DNA of 61,734 nucleotides. Origin: Chiloscyllium plagiosum (taxonomy: Eukaryota). The DNA lies in the NCBI RefSeq assembly GCF_004010195.1, contig NW_025215242.1:1-61734 (forward strand), written 5' to 3'. This document shows, piece by piece, positions 1 to 10,864 of this stretch. The number at the start of each line of letters is the position of its first letter. Position 1 is the stretch's first letter. Made by a program: the position numbers and the translations under genes. A model generated the notes under the pieces. That model searched no databases. It was not told where the DNA came from and saw only the letters and a program-made list of their open reading frames with translations.

Positions 1-1125
1 AACCAGGAGCAGTTACCCTCCCAGCATGTCGAGGTCTGTACACCAACCCACTGCATTCCTCAGTAACACTGTGTTAGATCCCTGCGCAGTATGCCCATGC
101 TTAAAGTGACAGGATGTACTGCTCCCACCCATTTACAGCTCCATCACTCCATTGTACCATGAGAAGGGGGTGCTGTGGGAGTGAACATCACTGCCAAAGA
201 GAGATGGCGGGGGAATCTGTTTAATTATCACAACATGGGAGGGGTTTGGGGTATAGACAGAGAGGGGGAGACTGAGAGACAGTGCCATGGAAGGATGTGT
301 TCCCAGGTTTCAGAATGCTGAAATGTAGATACTTCGATAACATTCTGCAACATGAGCCTGTCTTCCCAGGAAAGATGGGAATAAAGGATATTGGTGTGAG
401 GCCAGATGAGCATTTGTTCTGCATCTTTGTAACTGGAATTGCTTTCAAACGAATCTATGACTCATTGGGCAGATGCTAACAATAATTTATCTTTGTTTGA
501 TTTTCCTTGAGTGTGACAGAGGGATCGTCCGCACGAGGCTGAGAGAGTTTCCTGGTGCTATCGTATCGGACTCAACTCATTAACTTCCCAGCCCAGACCA
601 TCATGTCCCTCTCATTCAATACCAGCCCGATTCTCCCACCCAACATTGCGGGTGGTACACAACATCACCCGGATGCCCCTGGATATTCCGAGATCCTTGG
701 CACTGGTGCCACCTTTAAAAGGCCAATGGGCACACGGTTGAGCTTTCTCAGTTCAGAGCTGCCCTGCACAGTTTACCTCGAGCATGGCAGATCCTGGGCA
801 ATTTCACAGCGGTTTGTCGACAGGGGCACGGAGGTCCTGGTGGATGAGCCAGTACAGAATGAGACCATTCTCTTTCCAGAGGAGGCCACACCACCAGAAC
901 CACCAAGCATGGTCTGAGCTCACCACCTACCTCAGTGCAGTATCTGGGGTCTGAAGAAATGCCCAGCAATACAGGACAAGCTTCAATAACCTTCCCCGCT
1001 CTTTCAGGATAAGGGTCACCGTATTCTCTCTGCTCCCTCACACTCACTGTATATCTGTTATAGCACCGACCCCCGAACAAGGCTCATGCTCCACCACTCT
1101 CACTGCTGCATGCAGCAACTTCGCC
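1..1125. repeat. Low-copy duplicated block A, copy 1 (unidentified, apparently non-coding)
   Basis: Colinear similarity with 41853-42945 and with 33820-34005 plus 36600-37325, e.g. 'ttgagtgtgaca...gtttcctggtg' and 'caggacaagc.tcaataac' in all three copies. Confidence 0.9.
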
Positions 1126-1975
1126 CCCCCACCTTCCCTCCACTTTACCCCACTCCCCTATGATAATAATGCTGCATGCATACAACACTGTGGACTGACT
1201 CCCTCCGGACACCTCACCATGACCCCGTCCCCCACCGACACCGACACTAACACCACCCACTCCCACCCTCCCTCCCTCCCTTTCTCCCATTCCAGGAGAA
1301 ACAGCCTGGAATAGGACAGAAAAGGCCGATCCGGGTGGTTGAGTGCCCGATATCCGTTCCCTCACCCCCCTCCCCCCGCCATGTGGGGAGGACCCTGGTA
1401 CGAGCCAGAGAGGACCGGGACGCCTCGTGTGGAGATTCTGAAACATCCACGTCCCACCGACTGAGTAAGGAGCAATGTTCCGTGAAAGGCAACAACAATC
1501 TATGCTCATATACACCCAGCGCTCTCTGCTCCTGCAGCCCCTATTTAACGGTACGGCCTCTTTTATATTGTCTTTCATTGTCTTTCCTACCAAAGTGCAT
1601 CACCTCACGCTGCTCTGCATTGATCACCAGCTGCCATAAACCTGAACACTACACCAACGTGTGATTGTCCTGTTAGAGTTACACACTGTCCTCCATAGAC
1701 TTCACAATTCTTCTAGGTTTGGTGCCATCTACAAACATTGCGATTGCTATAGCGTCACAGTTCCCATGCAACAACTGAAATTCTGCGACTCTCACGAGTG
1801 TGAGCAAGTGAAATCCCGATATATTCCAAACGGACAGAGTCGAATAATGACATGCTGTCAATGGAGCAACAAAAATCCTGATGCACACCAGACGGAGTGA
1901 ACGAAATATTGACAAACCATAGAGAAGAGAATTCCAGATTGGCTCCAAGTTTCTGTATTTTTATTAGGGTATTAA

Positions 1976-2742
1976 TGTCATGAAGTCGAAAGTGTGTATG
2001 TACCTTTAAGAGAGAGGGAAAGCTGTTCTGAACTGAGAGCTTCCAAGCACCTGTGATATGAGAGGATGGCAGACCCAGAGTGTGAAGGACAACTGAAAAT
2101 ATGTCACATTTGGGTGTGAAGTAGATCCCTAAGATGGTTGCTCCTTGGACAACAATTCGAATTTTACCAATCAGTTTAATTTATGCCACAGGATACTAAA
2201 ACCAAATCAAGTTTGAATGTATTGGTTTTCGGAAGTTGAACCAATGAGATGATCCAACGTTGTGCATATTAAAAATGCAGGCATTTAGAAAATTGCAGAC
2301 AGAGTAAATGCCATCAACACAGATCCAAGAGGTTATGAAACACTCTCTATCAAAGGTACCTTTTCATATGGAACATATTCGCAGTAAAAAGACAGAAGAT
2401 GACCCAGGGAGATCTTTGGCCAAAAGAAGACACACAAACAACAGCTGTTGTGTGATCTTGAAATTAAATGAGTGCAATTTTAATAAGTGTCTTATTGAAA
2501 CAGTATATCATTATAGAGTTGGGGTGGGGTAATAAGCAGTTCAGAGAAAGGGGGTCTCAGAATTCAGAATGCTTGATATAAAATGTTCACTTTCAGAGTT
2601 AAAAAATAAATTGATGTTATTATGTAAACAGTGGAATTTGGGAGTTCTCTGTCCCTCATATTTTAACAGTTTACGAGGCAAATAGAGCATTTCTTTATGT
2701 TTAGTTTAAGTGACCAGATGAACTTCACGCCGCGCCCTGACA
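1976..2742 (+). mobile_element. Solo LTR of the Gypsy family seen at 10865-14410
   Basis: Termini TGTCA...TGACA. The 5' end matches the reverse complement of 10870-10945 and the 3' part matches the reverse complement of 14340-14410. It is absent from the paralogous position near 37550. Confidence 0.8.
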
Positions 2743-2939
2743 ATTCCTGTGTGTGTGTATCTGTGTGTCTCTGTGCAGGGCAGGTCTGGCAGTCTCTGTG
2801 GTGCTTAAAGTAATGCAATGCCACCCTCTGCTGGCCTCTCCACGCCACTGCACCGGCATTGGCAGAGGGGGAAAACCAATAGAGATTTATTCAGAGAGGG
2901 GGAGGGAGAGGGCAGCTGCTCACAGCACCATCCAAACTG

Positions 2940-3775
2940 ATGTCTTATCCACGTACTGATCTAAATGTCTTTCAAACATTGTAACTGTCCCTGCTTTCAC
3001 CACTTGCTCTGGGAGTTCATTCCACACATAAGCCAGATTCTGACTAAAATAATTACCTCTCATGACTTCAGTAAATCTTTTTCCTCATACCTTAAAATAT
3101 CCCTCAGTTTTGAATCCCCAACTCTGGGGAAAAGAAACCAGCCCTTCAGCTTATACGCACCCCTCATTATTTCATAAACCTCTGTAAAGTTATCCCTTAA
3201 CCTCATTCTCTCCATTGAAAAGAGTCCCAGTCTACTCAGCCTCTCCTTATAGCTCACTCCCTCCATTCCCAACAACATCCAGGTTAATGTCTGCTCAAAT
3301 CTCTCCAGCTTAATAATATCAAGGTCAGTAATATCAAAGTGAATAGTCAAGGTATTTTCTATGGCTGGGGAGACCAAAACTAGATGGTACAGGTTTAAGG
3401 TGAGATGGGAACATTTAAAAGTGACCTAAGAAGCAGCTTTTTCACCCAGGGGGTGGTGTGCCTATGGAATGAGCGGGCAAGATGACCAGACTGGACACAG
3501 TATTCCAGGAGAGGTCTCACCATATCCTGTACGACCACAACATGACATCCCAATTCAAATACTCAAAGGTCTGACCAATGAAGACACCTCCTTAACCATA
3601 CTATCTATCTGAGATGCAAATTTTAAAGAATTATGCCTGACGGCCTAGGTCTCTGTTCTCCAGCACTGCCAAAGGCTCTGCTTTTAATTGTATAGGTCCT
3701 GCTCTTGTTTGATTTATCCAATCCAATACCTCACGTTAATCCAAACTAAACTCCATCTGCCACCCCTCAGCCCAG
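2940..3775 (-). mobile_element. CR1 LINE 3' (RT C-terminal) fragments, with an oppositely oriented CR1 piece at ~3330-3480
   Basis: ORF 3060-3377 reads 'LERFEQTLTWMLLGMEGVSYKERLSRLGLFSMERMRLRDNFTEVYEIMRG', a typical CR1 ORF2 C-terminus. Confidence 0.8.
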
Positions 3776-4344
3776 TGTGTGATATTACCACCTCCTCACT
3801 CTCCCCCTTTAAAATATCCTCCCCGTCTCCAGGATGCCTGCACACTCCAGCCTTGAGTTTCACAAAGTCCCTGAGCTTGGGTTGCCTTGTGTGGTTTGGG
3901 GGAGGAGGGACAGATTGCAGACACTGTCACTGGGGAGGAGAGGCTGGACAGTAATCAGCGGCCGAGTGTCATATTATTGTTTAAGGAAGAGGGCAGTCGC
4001 ATGTTAGAGGTGGGTAATAGTGATCGGTGTTTTGGGACTAGAAATTATGCTTTTTCGTTGTCTGTGGTGTTCAGTGACAAAAATCTATTCGAGACCCTTC
4101 ATTGGGCAGACTGTGACTGCAGGATTTCCTTCGTTAGTATTGTAGGTTACAGATAATAGCGATTGAAGACGTTCATAGTTAATTTCGATGGCACAACACT
4201 TGCACTCAATATCCTACAGTTGAGACAAATATCTTGCATTTGTTTAACAATGCAACGTGTTTTGTGCAGTTCAGTAATGGTAACCTGATTATAATAAATC
4301 CACACTGAGCTGAAAGCTGGCACTTAAAATATGACGCAAAAACT

Positions 4345-4650
4345 GGGTATGGTAGTGTAGTGCGTAGTGTCCCTGGCTCTGAACCAGAACTCTGGATTTG
4401 AGTTTAATTCCTGAACTTGTGTGGTAGTGTTCCTAGCTCTGGACTAGTAGGATTGGATTCAAGTCCTGCCTGTTGCAGAGGTATGTCACAGCATGTCAGA
4501 TCAGGCTGATGAACAAACACACAGGAGAATACTGTTACAGCTTTATGGGTATTGCTCAGTGATGCTAGTGTCCCTACCTCCGAGCACAAAGATCTCGGTG
4601 TGAATCCCAACGAAGTGTCTCATGATACATCTGATCAAACTGATTAAACG
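4345..4650 (+). mobile_element. Three adjacent degenerate tRNA-derived SINE heads
   Basis: Repeated 'tagtgt(c/t)cct...ctc' A-box-like and 'ttcaagtcc/gtgaatccc' B-box-like motifs at ~4345, ~4420 and ~4545. Confidence 0.5.
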
Positions 4651-4764
4651 GGTTGTAGAATTGTGACCTGATGGAGAAAGAAGTGTCAGAATTGAATTTC
4701 AGAATTTCGGCCCAGAATGACTGAAAGCACAGCTATTCGTGTTGATTGGAGTCACATCTTGCAG

Positions 4765-4995
4765 AAGTAGAGGTTTATAAAATCAGAATGGTCATGGATA
4801 GGGTGAGTAGTTAGGGTTTTCCCCCAGGTTAGGGGCGTTCAAAACTAGAGGGCATTGAATGAAAGTGAGAGGGGAAAGGTTTTGAAGAGGACTAAGAGGA
4901 ACCTTTTCACGCAGAGGGTGGTGTGCATATGGAATGAGCTGCCAGAGAAAGTGGTGGAGGCTGGTACAACTGCAGCATGTACAAGGCATCTGGGT
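4765..4995 (+). mobile_element. CR1 LINE 3' fragment
   Basis: 'RNLFTQRVVCIWNELPEKVVEAGT' in ORF 4855-5154. Confidence 0.8.
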
Positions 4996-5444
4996 CCTGA
5001 CAGGACTGCCGAGCATTACCAGCAATTTATGTATTTCTTGAAAAAATGCATTCATTTTAACACAGGTATTCTAAATACATTAAACATTTTATTTTTTAAT
5101 GACGGAGGGGCATATAAGCATATTTTCAAATTGACCAAGACCATTTTCTGCTAAGGGTATGGCTCTGTGCGAGATGGCAACAATGATGCATCGACATGGA
5201 ACAGGGAATGTGATGGAGACATTGTTTGGACATTATACACGGTGACCTCACATGATCCAGATTGGGAGAGGATGACAGTATTGTGTGATTCAACTCAGAG
5301 AGGGAGACAATGTAATCTTCCTGAGAAGGAATGGCCTATTACAATCTCTCTCTCCCTCATTATTCCTCATCACAGCAATGTGTGTGAGCTAAAAAAAAAC
5401 ACACCTATACGGTCATCATTACCATTCTCATTTTTAAAGAATTC

Positions 5445-5765
5445 ATGAAGTGTGGAAACAGGCCCTTCGGCCCAACAAGTCCATACCAAACTTCCAAACA
5501 TTAACGTTGCCAGGCCCGTTCCCTGAGATTTACTTCTGACTAATGCACCTAACCTAGAAATCCCTGAATACGACAGACAACTTAGCATGACCAATCCACC
5601 TAATGTACACAGTTTGAGCTGTGGGAGGGAACTGGAGCACCTATTAGAAGCTCACGCAGTCAAAGGGAAAATGTACAAACCCACACAGATAGTCGCCCGA
5701 GGCTGGAATAGCACCCCTGTTCCTAGTGCTGAGAGATAGCAGTGCTAACCACTGAGCCACTGTGC
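5445..5765 (-). mobile_element. tRNA-derived SINE (HE1/V-SINE-like), older copy
   Basis: Minus-strand head 'gtggctcagtggttagcactgct'; colinear with the copy at 9893-10198. Confidence 0.8.
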
Positions 5766-5991
5766 TAACCTTTGGGTGAGTACTGACCAGAATTCTTTGG
5801 AATCTTCTCACTGCCTAATGCAAAGGGAATTCAGCCAAATCCAACTGTCCCAAGATGAAATCCCATTGCTAGCAGCTTGTGTGAGTAAAATATCTTCAGA
5901 AGCAGAATCACATTTTGGACAATCTCTCAATTTTTTCTTTTGTCATAAGCTACACTAATATTTGGACAATGTTCTTTCAACTTCAAATTGC

Positions 5992-6007
5992 AGAGAGAGA
6001 GAGAGAG

Positions 6008-6044
<37 letters not shown>
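5992..6044. repeat. (GA)n/(GT)n microsatellite
   Basis: Seen directly in the sequence. Confidence 0.95.
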
Positions 6045-6045
<1 letters not shown>

Positions 6046-6230
6046 AGCATTTTAAACAGGGAAATATCGATTATATATTTGCAATACCCAAACAGTTTGC
6101 CATTAATCTTTCAATCATAGTTTGAGTAACGTTGCTCTGGATCATAAACGTGCTATTTGAGCAGATTAAAGAAACTAGCCTGACTTGTTCCTAAAACTGA
6201 CCCTGTCCCAGTCTGAGACCAATATTATCG

Positions 6231-7345
6231 GCCATATCACCTTCCTGGTTACATTTAACATTTGTTGTGAGCAGTGGAGGAGTGGGACGAGAAAAGGAAA
6301 CTGACCCAAAAAGTCGGGGAACTATAGACGGGTGAGCCTTATGTCAGTGGTGGGTAAGTTGTTGGAGGGGATTCTAAGGGAAAGCATTTACATACATTTG
6401 GAAAGGCAAGGGCTGATTGGGGTATACAACGTGTCTTTCTGCATGGGAAATCATGTCTTATTAATTTGGTTGAGTTTTATGGAGAGGTAAAAAAGAAGAT
6501 TAATGAAGGCAATTTGGTAGACATTGTCTATATGGACTTCAGCAAGGTGTTCATAACATTCCAATTGGTAGGCAGATTAAAGGTTCGATCACATGGGACA
6601 CAGAAGAAGCTAGTCACAATTGCCTTGAAGGAAGAGGGATATTTTTCAGACTGGAGGCTTGTGACCAGCAGTGTGCTGCAAGAATCAGTGGCCATATCAC
6701 CTTCCTGGTTACATTTAACATTTGTTGTGAGCAGTGGAGGAGTGGGACGAGAAAAGGAAACTGACCCAAAAAGTCGGGGAACTATAGACGGGTGAGCCTT
6801 ATGTCAGTGGTGGGTAAGTTGTTGGAGGGGATTCTAAGGGAAAGCATTTACATACATTTGGAAAGGCAAGGGCTGATTGGGGTAGACAACGTGTCTTTCT
6901 GCATGGGAAATCATGTCTTATTAATTTTGAGTTTTATGGAGACGTCAAAAAGAAGATTAATGAAGGCAATTTGGTAGACATTGTCTATATGGACTTCAGC
7001 AAGGTGTTCATATAATTCCAATTGGTAGGCAGATTAAAGGTTCGGTCACATGGGACACAGAAGAAGCTAGTCACAATTGCCTTGAAGGATATTTTTCAGA
7101 CTGGAGGCTTGTGACCAGCAGTGTGCTGCGAGAATCAGTGCTCAGTTCGCTGCATTTCATCATTTATGTAATGAACTTAGATGTGGATATCGGGACCATA
7201 GTTAGTAAGTTTACAGATGACATCAGAAATGTGGTGTAGTAGATTATCTCAGAGTACAACGAGACCACAATTAGATGGGACATAGGGGCAAGGAGTGACA
7301 GATGAAGTTTATTTAGATAAATATAAGGTTTTGCATTTTAGGAAA
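6231..7345 (+). mobile_element. CR1 RT fragment carried in a 460-bp tandem duplication
   Basis: RT motifs 'SLMSVVGKLLEGILR' and 'DIVYMDFSKVF'; the unit starting 'gccatatcaccttcctgg' occurs at 6231 and 6691. Confidence 0.85.
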
Positions 7346-7534
7346 GGCAAGGGCTGATTGGGGTAGACAACGTGTCTTTCTGCAACGTGTCTTACTCCTA
7401 TAATCTGGTGCACAGAAACAGAGGAGACCATTCAGCCTTTCAAGACTGTCACACACGCTTTGAAGTGATTTGGGAAATGTAATTGGAAAATCCAGGCACA
7501 GGTACGGAAGAGGCCCCTCATCTCTCTTCACAGA

Positions 7535-7710
7535 GCTTCCCCTCTCTGCAACTTGTGCTTCATTTGTTGGTCATGTTGTAGACGCAGATTGACTCTGAAT
7601 ACAGCCCATATATTCACCAGAGATGGCTCACAAAATCATCTGGTCTCCCTGACTGCAATATTCAGTAATTGCACATTTATGACAATAACACCCACTAACT
7701 CTCCAATAAC
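7535..7710. repeat. Low-copy block B, copy 1
   Basis: 'ctctctgca...atttgttggtcatgttgtagac' is shared with 33250-33460, and more loosely with 25575-25790 and 39960-40120. Confidence 0.7.
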
Positions 7711-8479
7711 AGAATGTGAGAACATCAGAAACAGGGACAGGTCGTTCATTCTCCAAGCCTGCCTTGCCCTTCACTAAGATCAAGACTGATCTGCTCTTGG
7801 TCTCAAATCCTCTTTCGTACCCAATTCTTCATCGCCCTCAACTCTCTTTCAGGTCAATACCCACCTACCTCTTCTTCAAATACTTTCAGTCGTCTTACTC
7901 CCTAACATTCTTGAGAAGAGAAACCCTGGCATTCAATACCATTTGTTTGAAGATAACACATGTTGTTCCTATACAATGGCCTATTGATATGGACAAAAGA
8001 GGTTGACACAAGGGTTCAGGTAAAAATGACTGGCCCTGATATCAAGTCAGTAGTTGGCTTTTGTTGACATCAAGGAGCTGAACAAAACTGGACTTAATGC
8101 GAATCAGACTAAACTGTCCAGTGTTTGGAGTCAAACATGGCACAAAGGAAGATGTTCACCATCTCAGTCCTGGGTCACCTCTGTGGGAGATCCTCAGGGT
8201 AGCTTCCTCTTCACAAACAGCTTCAGGTGCTTCATCAAAGTCTTCCCGCCCCCACCCTCCCCACCATAAGATCAGAAGAGGGGATGGTGACTGAATATTC
8301 CACAATGTTCAGAACATTTGTCGCCCGTCAGCTCCTGAACCAGTCTGTGTCCATGTGCAGCAAGACCCAGACACCAGTCAGGTTTGTGCTGTTCAATGGT
8401 CTGTAACGTTCATGTAACAGCACTGCCTGGCACTGCACATTGCCACGGTAAAATAGAGTTCATTCAGCAGCTCACGCTG

Positions 8480-9450
8480 CTTTCACAGGAATATGAGGAA
8501 GTCATTCAGCCCATTGACACTATTGGAGCTCATTCAGTGCCTCCAGCCTATTACTCAGGAAGAGAAGGAGTCTAGTGTGATGGACCACACCATAGCCCCT
8601 CGAAAACGTTTGAAGGCGGTAGCCTTGACTCTAATGTATTCGTATTTTAAAGGAAATGCAAAGTGTCTGTTCCAGATGCAATTTGACTGGTCAAACTACT
8701 CGGTGTGAAGCAAACACCATTTATTTAAACACGGAAGATAAAATGAAACCAAAGAAAGAGGAATTTCGAATACCATAATTCTATTGGACAAGTTAACAGA
8801 ATAATAGATCGTGGAACGATTACTAATGAACTGTTCCAATATAGGGAAATCGAATAAACACAGCCCTTGGCAAAAAGGAACATTCAGACACATAATGTCA
8901 CAAAGATTTCTCCAATCCAGGAATTAAAAACAGCATCAAGAGAAAATTCAGACAGAGTAGCAGCCAGGAGACATTCACTGAAGCTTCCAACTCTGTGGAG
9001 ACCCCAATAGTTTCTGATGTTACTGAGAAACCAAAACCCAGAGATCCTAATCTGTGAGAGCTGGCCACACCCATTCAAGCTGCATTAAAATAAACCCAAG
9101 GCCTCCCTCGCTGTTTACCCAGTGGTCTTAACTAGCCAGCTCGTTCAATCTCTCTCTTAAAAGAAACCAGGACAAAATAACCTCTTAAAGTTGCAGCATC
9201 ATCACACTTGTCAGCACATCGAGCTGTTAAACAGGAACCGGGGTAATCCAAACCGGCCCTTAACCCTGTCCAATTGGACAAGGAAGAAGTCATTCAGTCC
9301 TTTGAGTCAATTACACAGAAACAGAATGAGGCCATTCAGCCCGTTGAGCCACGTATACAGGAACAGGAGGAGGCTATTCAGTCAGTTGAGCCACTTATAT
9401 AGGAACAGTAGGAGACCATTCCCACCTCAATGCACTTACACAGGGGCAGA
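8480..9450 (+). repeat. ~42-bp minisatellite (acaggaacaggaggaggccattcagcccctcgagcctgtt-like), split by the solo LTR at 8576-9206
   Basis: Degenerate units at 8480-8570 and 9215-9450; the same family occurs at 22170, 32762 and 38250. Confidence 0.75.
8576..9206 (-). mobile_element. Solo LTR (Gypsy family of 25795-31945)
   Basis: Perfect terminal inverted repeat TGTGATG...CATCACA; flanks ctag/cttg fit a 4-bp target-site duplication (TSD) with one mismatch; similar to 31414-31945. Confidence 0.8.
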
Positions 9451-9464
9451 ATAGGGTAATTGAT

Positions 9465-9890
9465 GCTGATCCTGATGAATGGATTATGCCCAAAACGTCG
9501 ATTGTCTTGCTGTGCTTTTCCAGCAATTGATGCTCTACTCTGATCTCCAGCATGGGCAGTCCTCACTGTCTCCTAATAGATGTTCTAACATGATGACCAG
9601 TTGGTGCAGAGGCTGCACAGACAGATTACTCCACGTTGTACCTCGTGGCGCCATTGCTCATGATACACACGTGGGACTTTATCGTGGTTTACTCGCGGTG
9701 AGGAGGGAAGCCATATGTCTTGTGTGAAGTCTCAAGAAGGCGTGTTCAAGAAGTCTCAAGAAGGTGACAGCCTGGTGTTCTCTATGTAGGGCGGAAGTTG
9801 GTGGGAATGGCTACCTGTTTCAGATGGAAGGCATTGTGGCTGTTGTTGGGGATTATGAACAACACAACGTTCAGTACGGGTTCACACGCC
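9465..9890. mobile_element. Penelope-like element (PLE) terminus and adjacent fragment
   Basis: 'cctgatgaatggattatgcccaaaacgtcg...tgatctccagca...gcagtcctcact' matches the PLE termini at 53605 and 56064. Confidence 0.65.
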
Positions 9891-9892
9891 GG

Positions 9893-10198
9893 TTAGATTA
9901 GATTACTTACAGTGTGGAAACAGGCCCTTCAGCGCAACAACTTCATACCGACCCGCCGAAGCTCAATCCACACAGACCCATTCCCCTCCACCTACCATTA
10001 CGGGCAATTATAACTTGGCCAATTCACCTAACCTGCACATTTTTGGAGTGTGGGAGGAAACCTGAGCGCCCGGAGGAAACCCACGCAGACACGGGGCGAA
10101 TGTGCAAACTCCACACAGAGAGTCGCCTGAGGCGGGAATTGAACCCGGTTCTCTGGCGCTGTGAGGCAGCAGTGCTAACCAATGTGCCACCGTGCCGA
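9893..10198 (-). mobile_element. tRNA-derived SINE (HE1/V-SINE-like), near full length
   Basis: Minus strand shows A box 'ggtggcacattggttagc', B box 'gggttcaattccc', central 'gtgtggagtttgcacatt...gcgtgggtttcctccggg' and a (taatc)n tail. Confidence 0.9.
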
Positions 10199-10489
10199 CT
10201 TCGCATTCATGTGGGGAGAGTTAATTAAGGCATATAAACTATTAGGAAAGTCACGTTAGACTGATGAATGGACTCTCTAAGTTCAAATAACGCTGATCTT
10301 ATTCATGTTGATCTTGTCTCGTGCACGTCCTGTTCAGTGTATCCTGTCTGCTTTACTCTGTCCTAGCCTATTTCCACCCTATGATCTGTCTGGCCATGCT
10401 TACTATGATCTGCCTCCACTGCTCATAAATACAGTGTTGCCCTGTACTAAGGTACAGCTGAAAATAAAGCAAACCAATCAATCCTGAGT

Positions 10490-10860
10490 AAAGTATGGAA
10501 TTTCTCACCCTATCAATGTCTCTTTTGGAAATAAGTGATCGCTGCCACTCCTCGTGTTTCAGCATTGCCATTTCTTCGTCTCTCACAGCTCTACCGATTA
10601 AGCACTCAGCCAATGTGCCAAAAGCCTTTTTCACTGCCCTGTCTACCTGTGACTCCACTCTTAGAGAACCGTGCACTGAACACCAATGTCCCTCTGCCCA
10701 CTACACCCCTTAAGACCCTCCCATTCACCATGAAACTCCTACCTTGATTTGAGTTTCCAAAATGCAAGACCTCACACATCTATATTAAACTCCATTTGCC
10801 ATTTCTCAACCTACATCCCCACCTGATAACGGTCAAGCGGCAATTTCTGATAAACGACCT
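10490..10860 (-). mobile_element. CR1 RT fragment
   Basis: 'HGSLRVESQVDRAVKKAFGTLA' in ORF 10368-10676. Confidence 0.75.
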
Positions 10861-10864
10861 TTAG

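Noticed and set aside
1084..1593. 169-aa Gly-rich minus-strand ORF
   Set aside because: Low-complexity G-rich sequence, no recognisable domain, not conserved in the other block A copies.
9893..10198. tRNA-like sequences (also 4345-4650 and 5445-5765)
   Set aside because: They are SINE heads attached to SINE bodies and tails, not tRNA genes.
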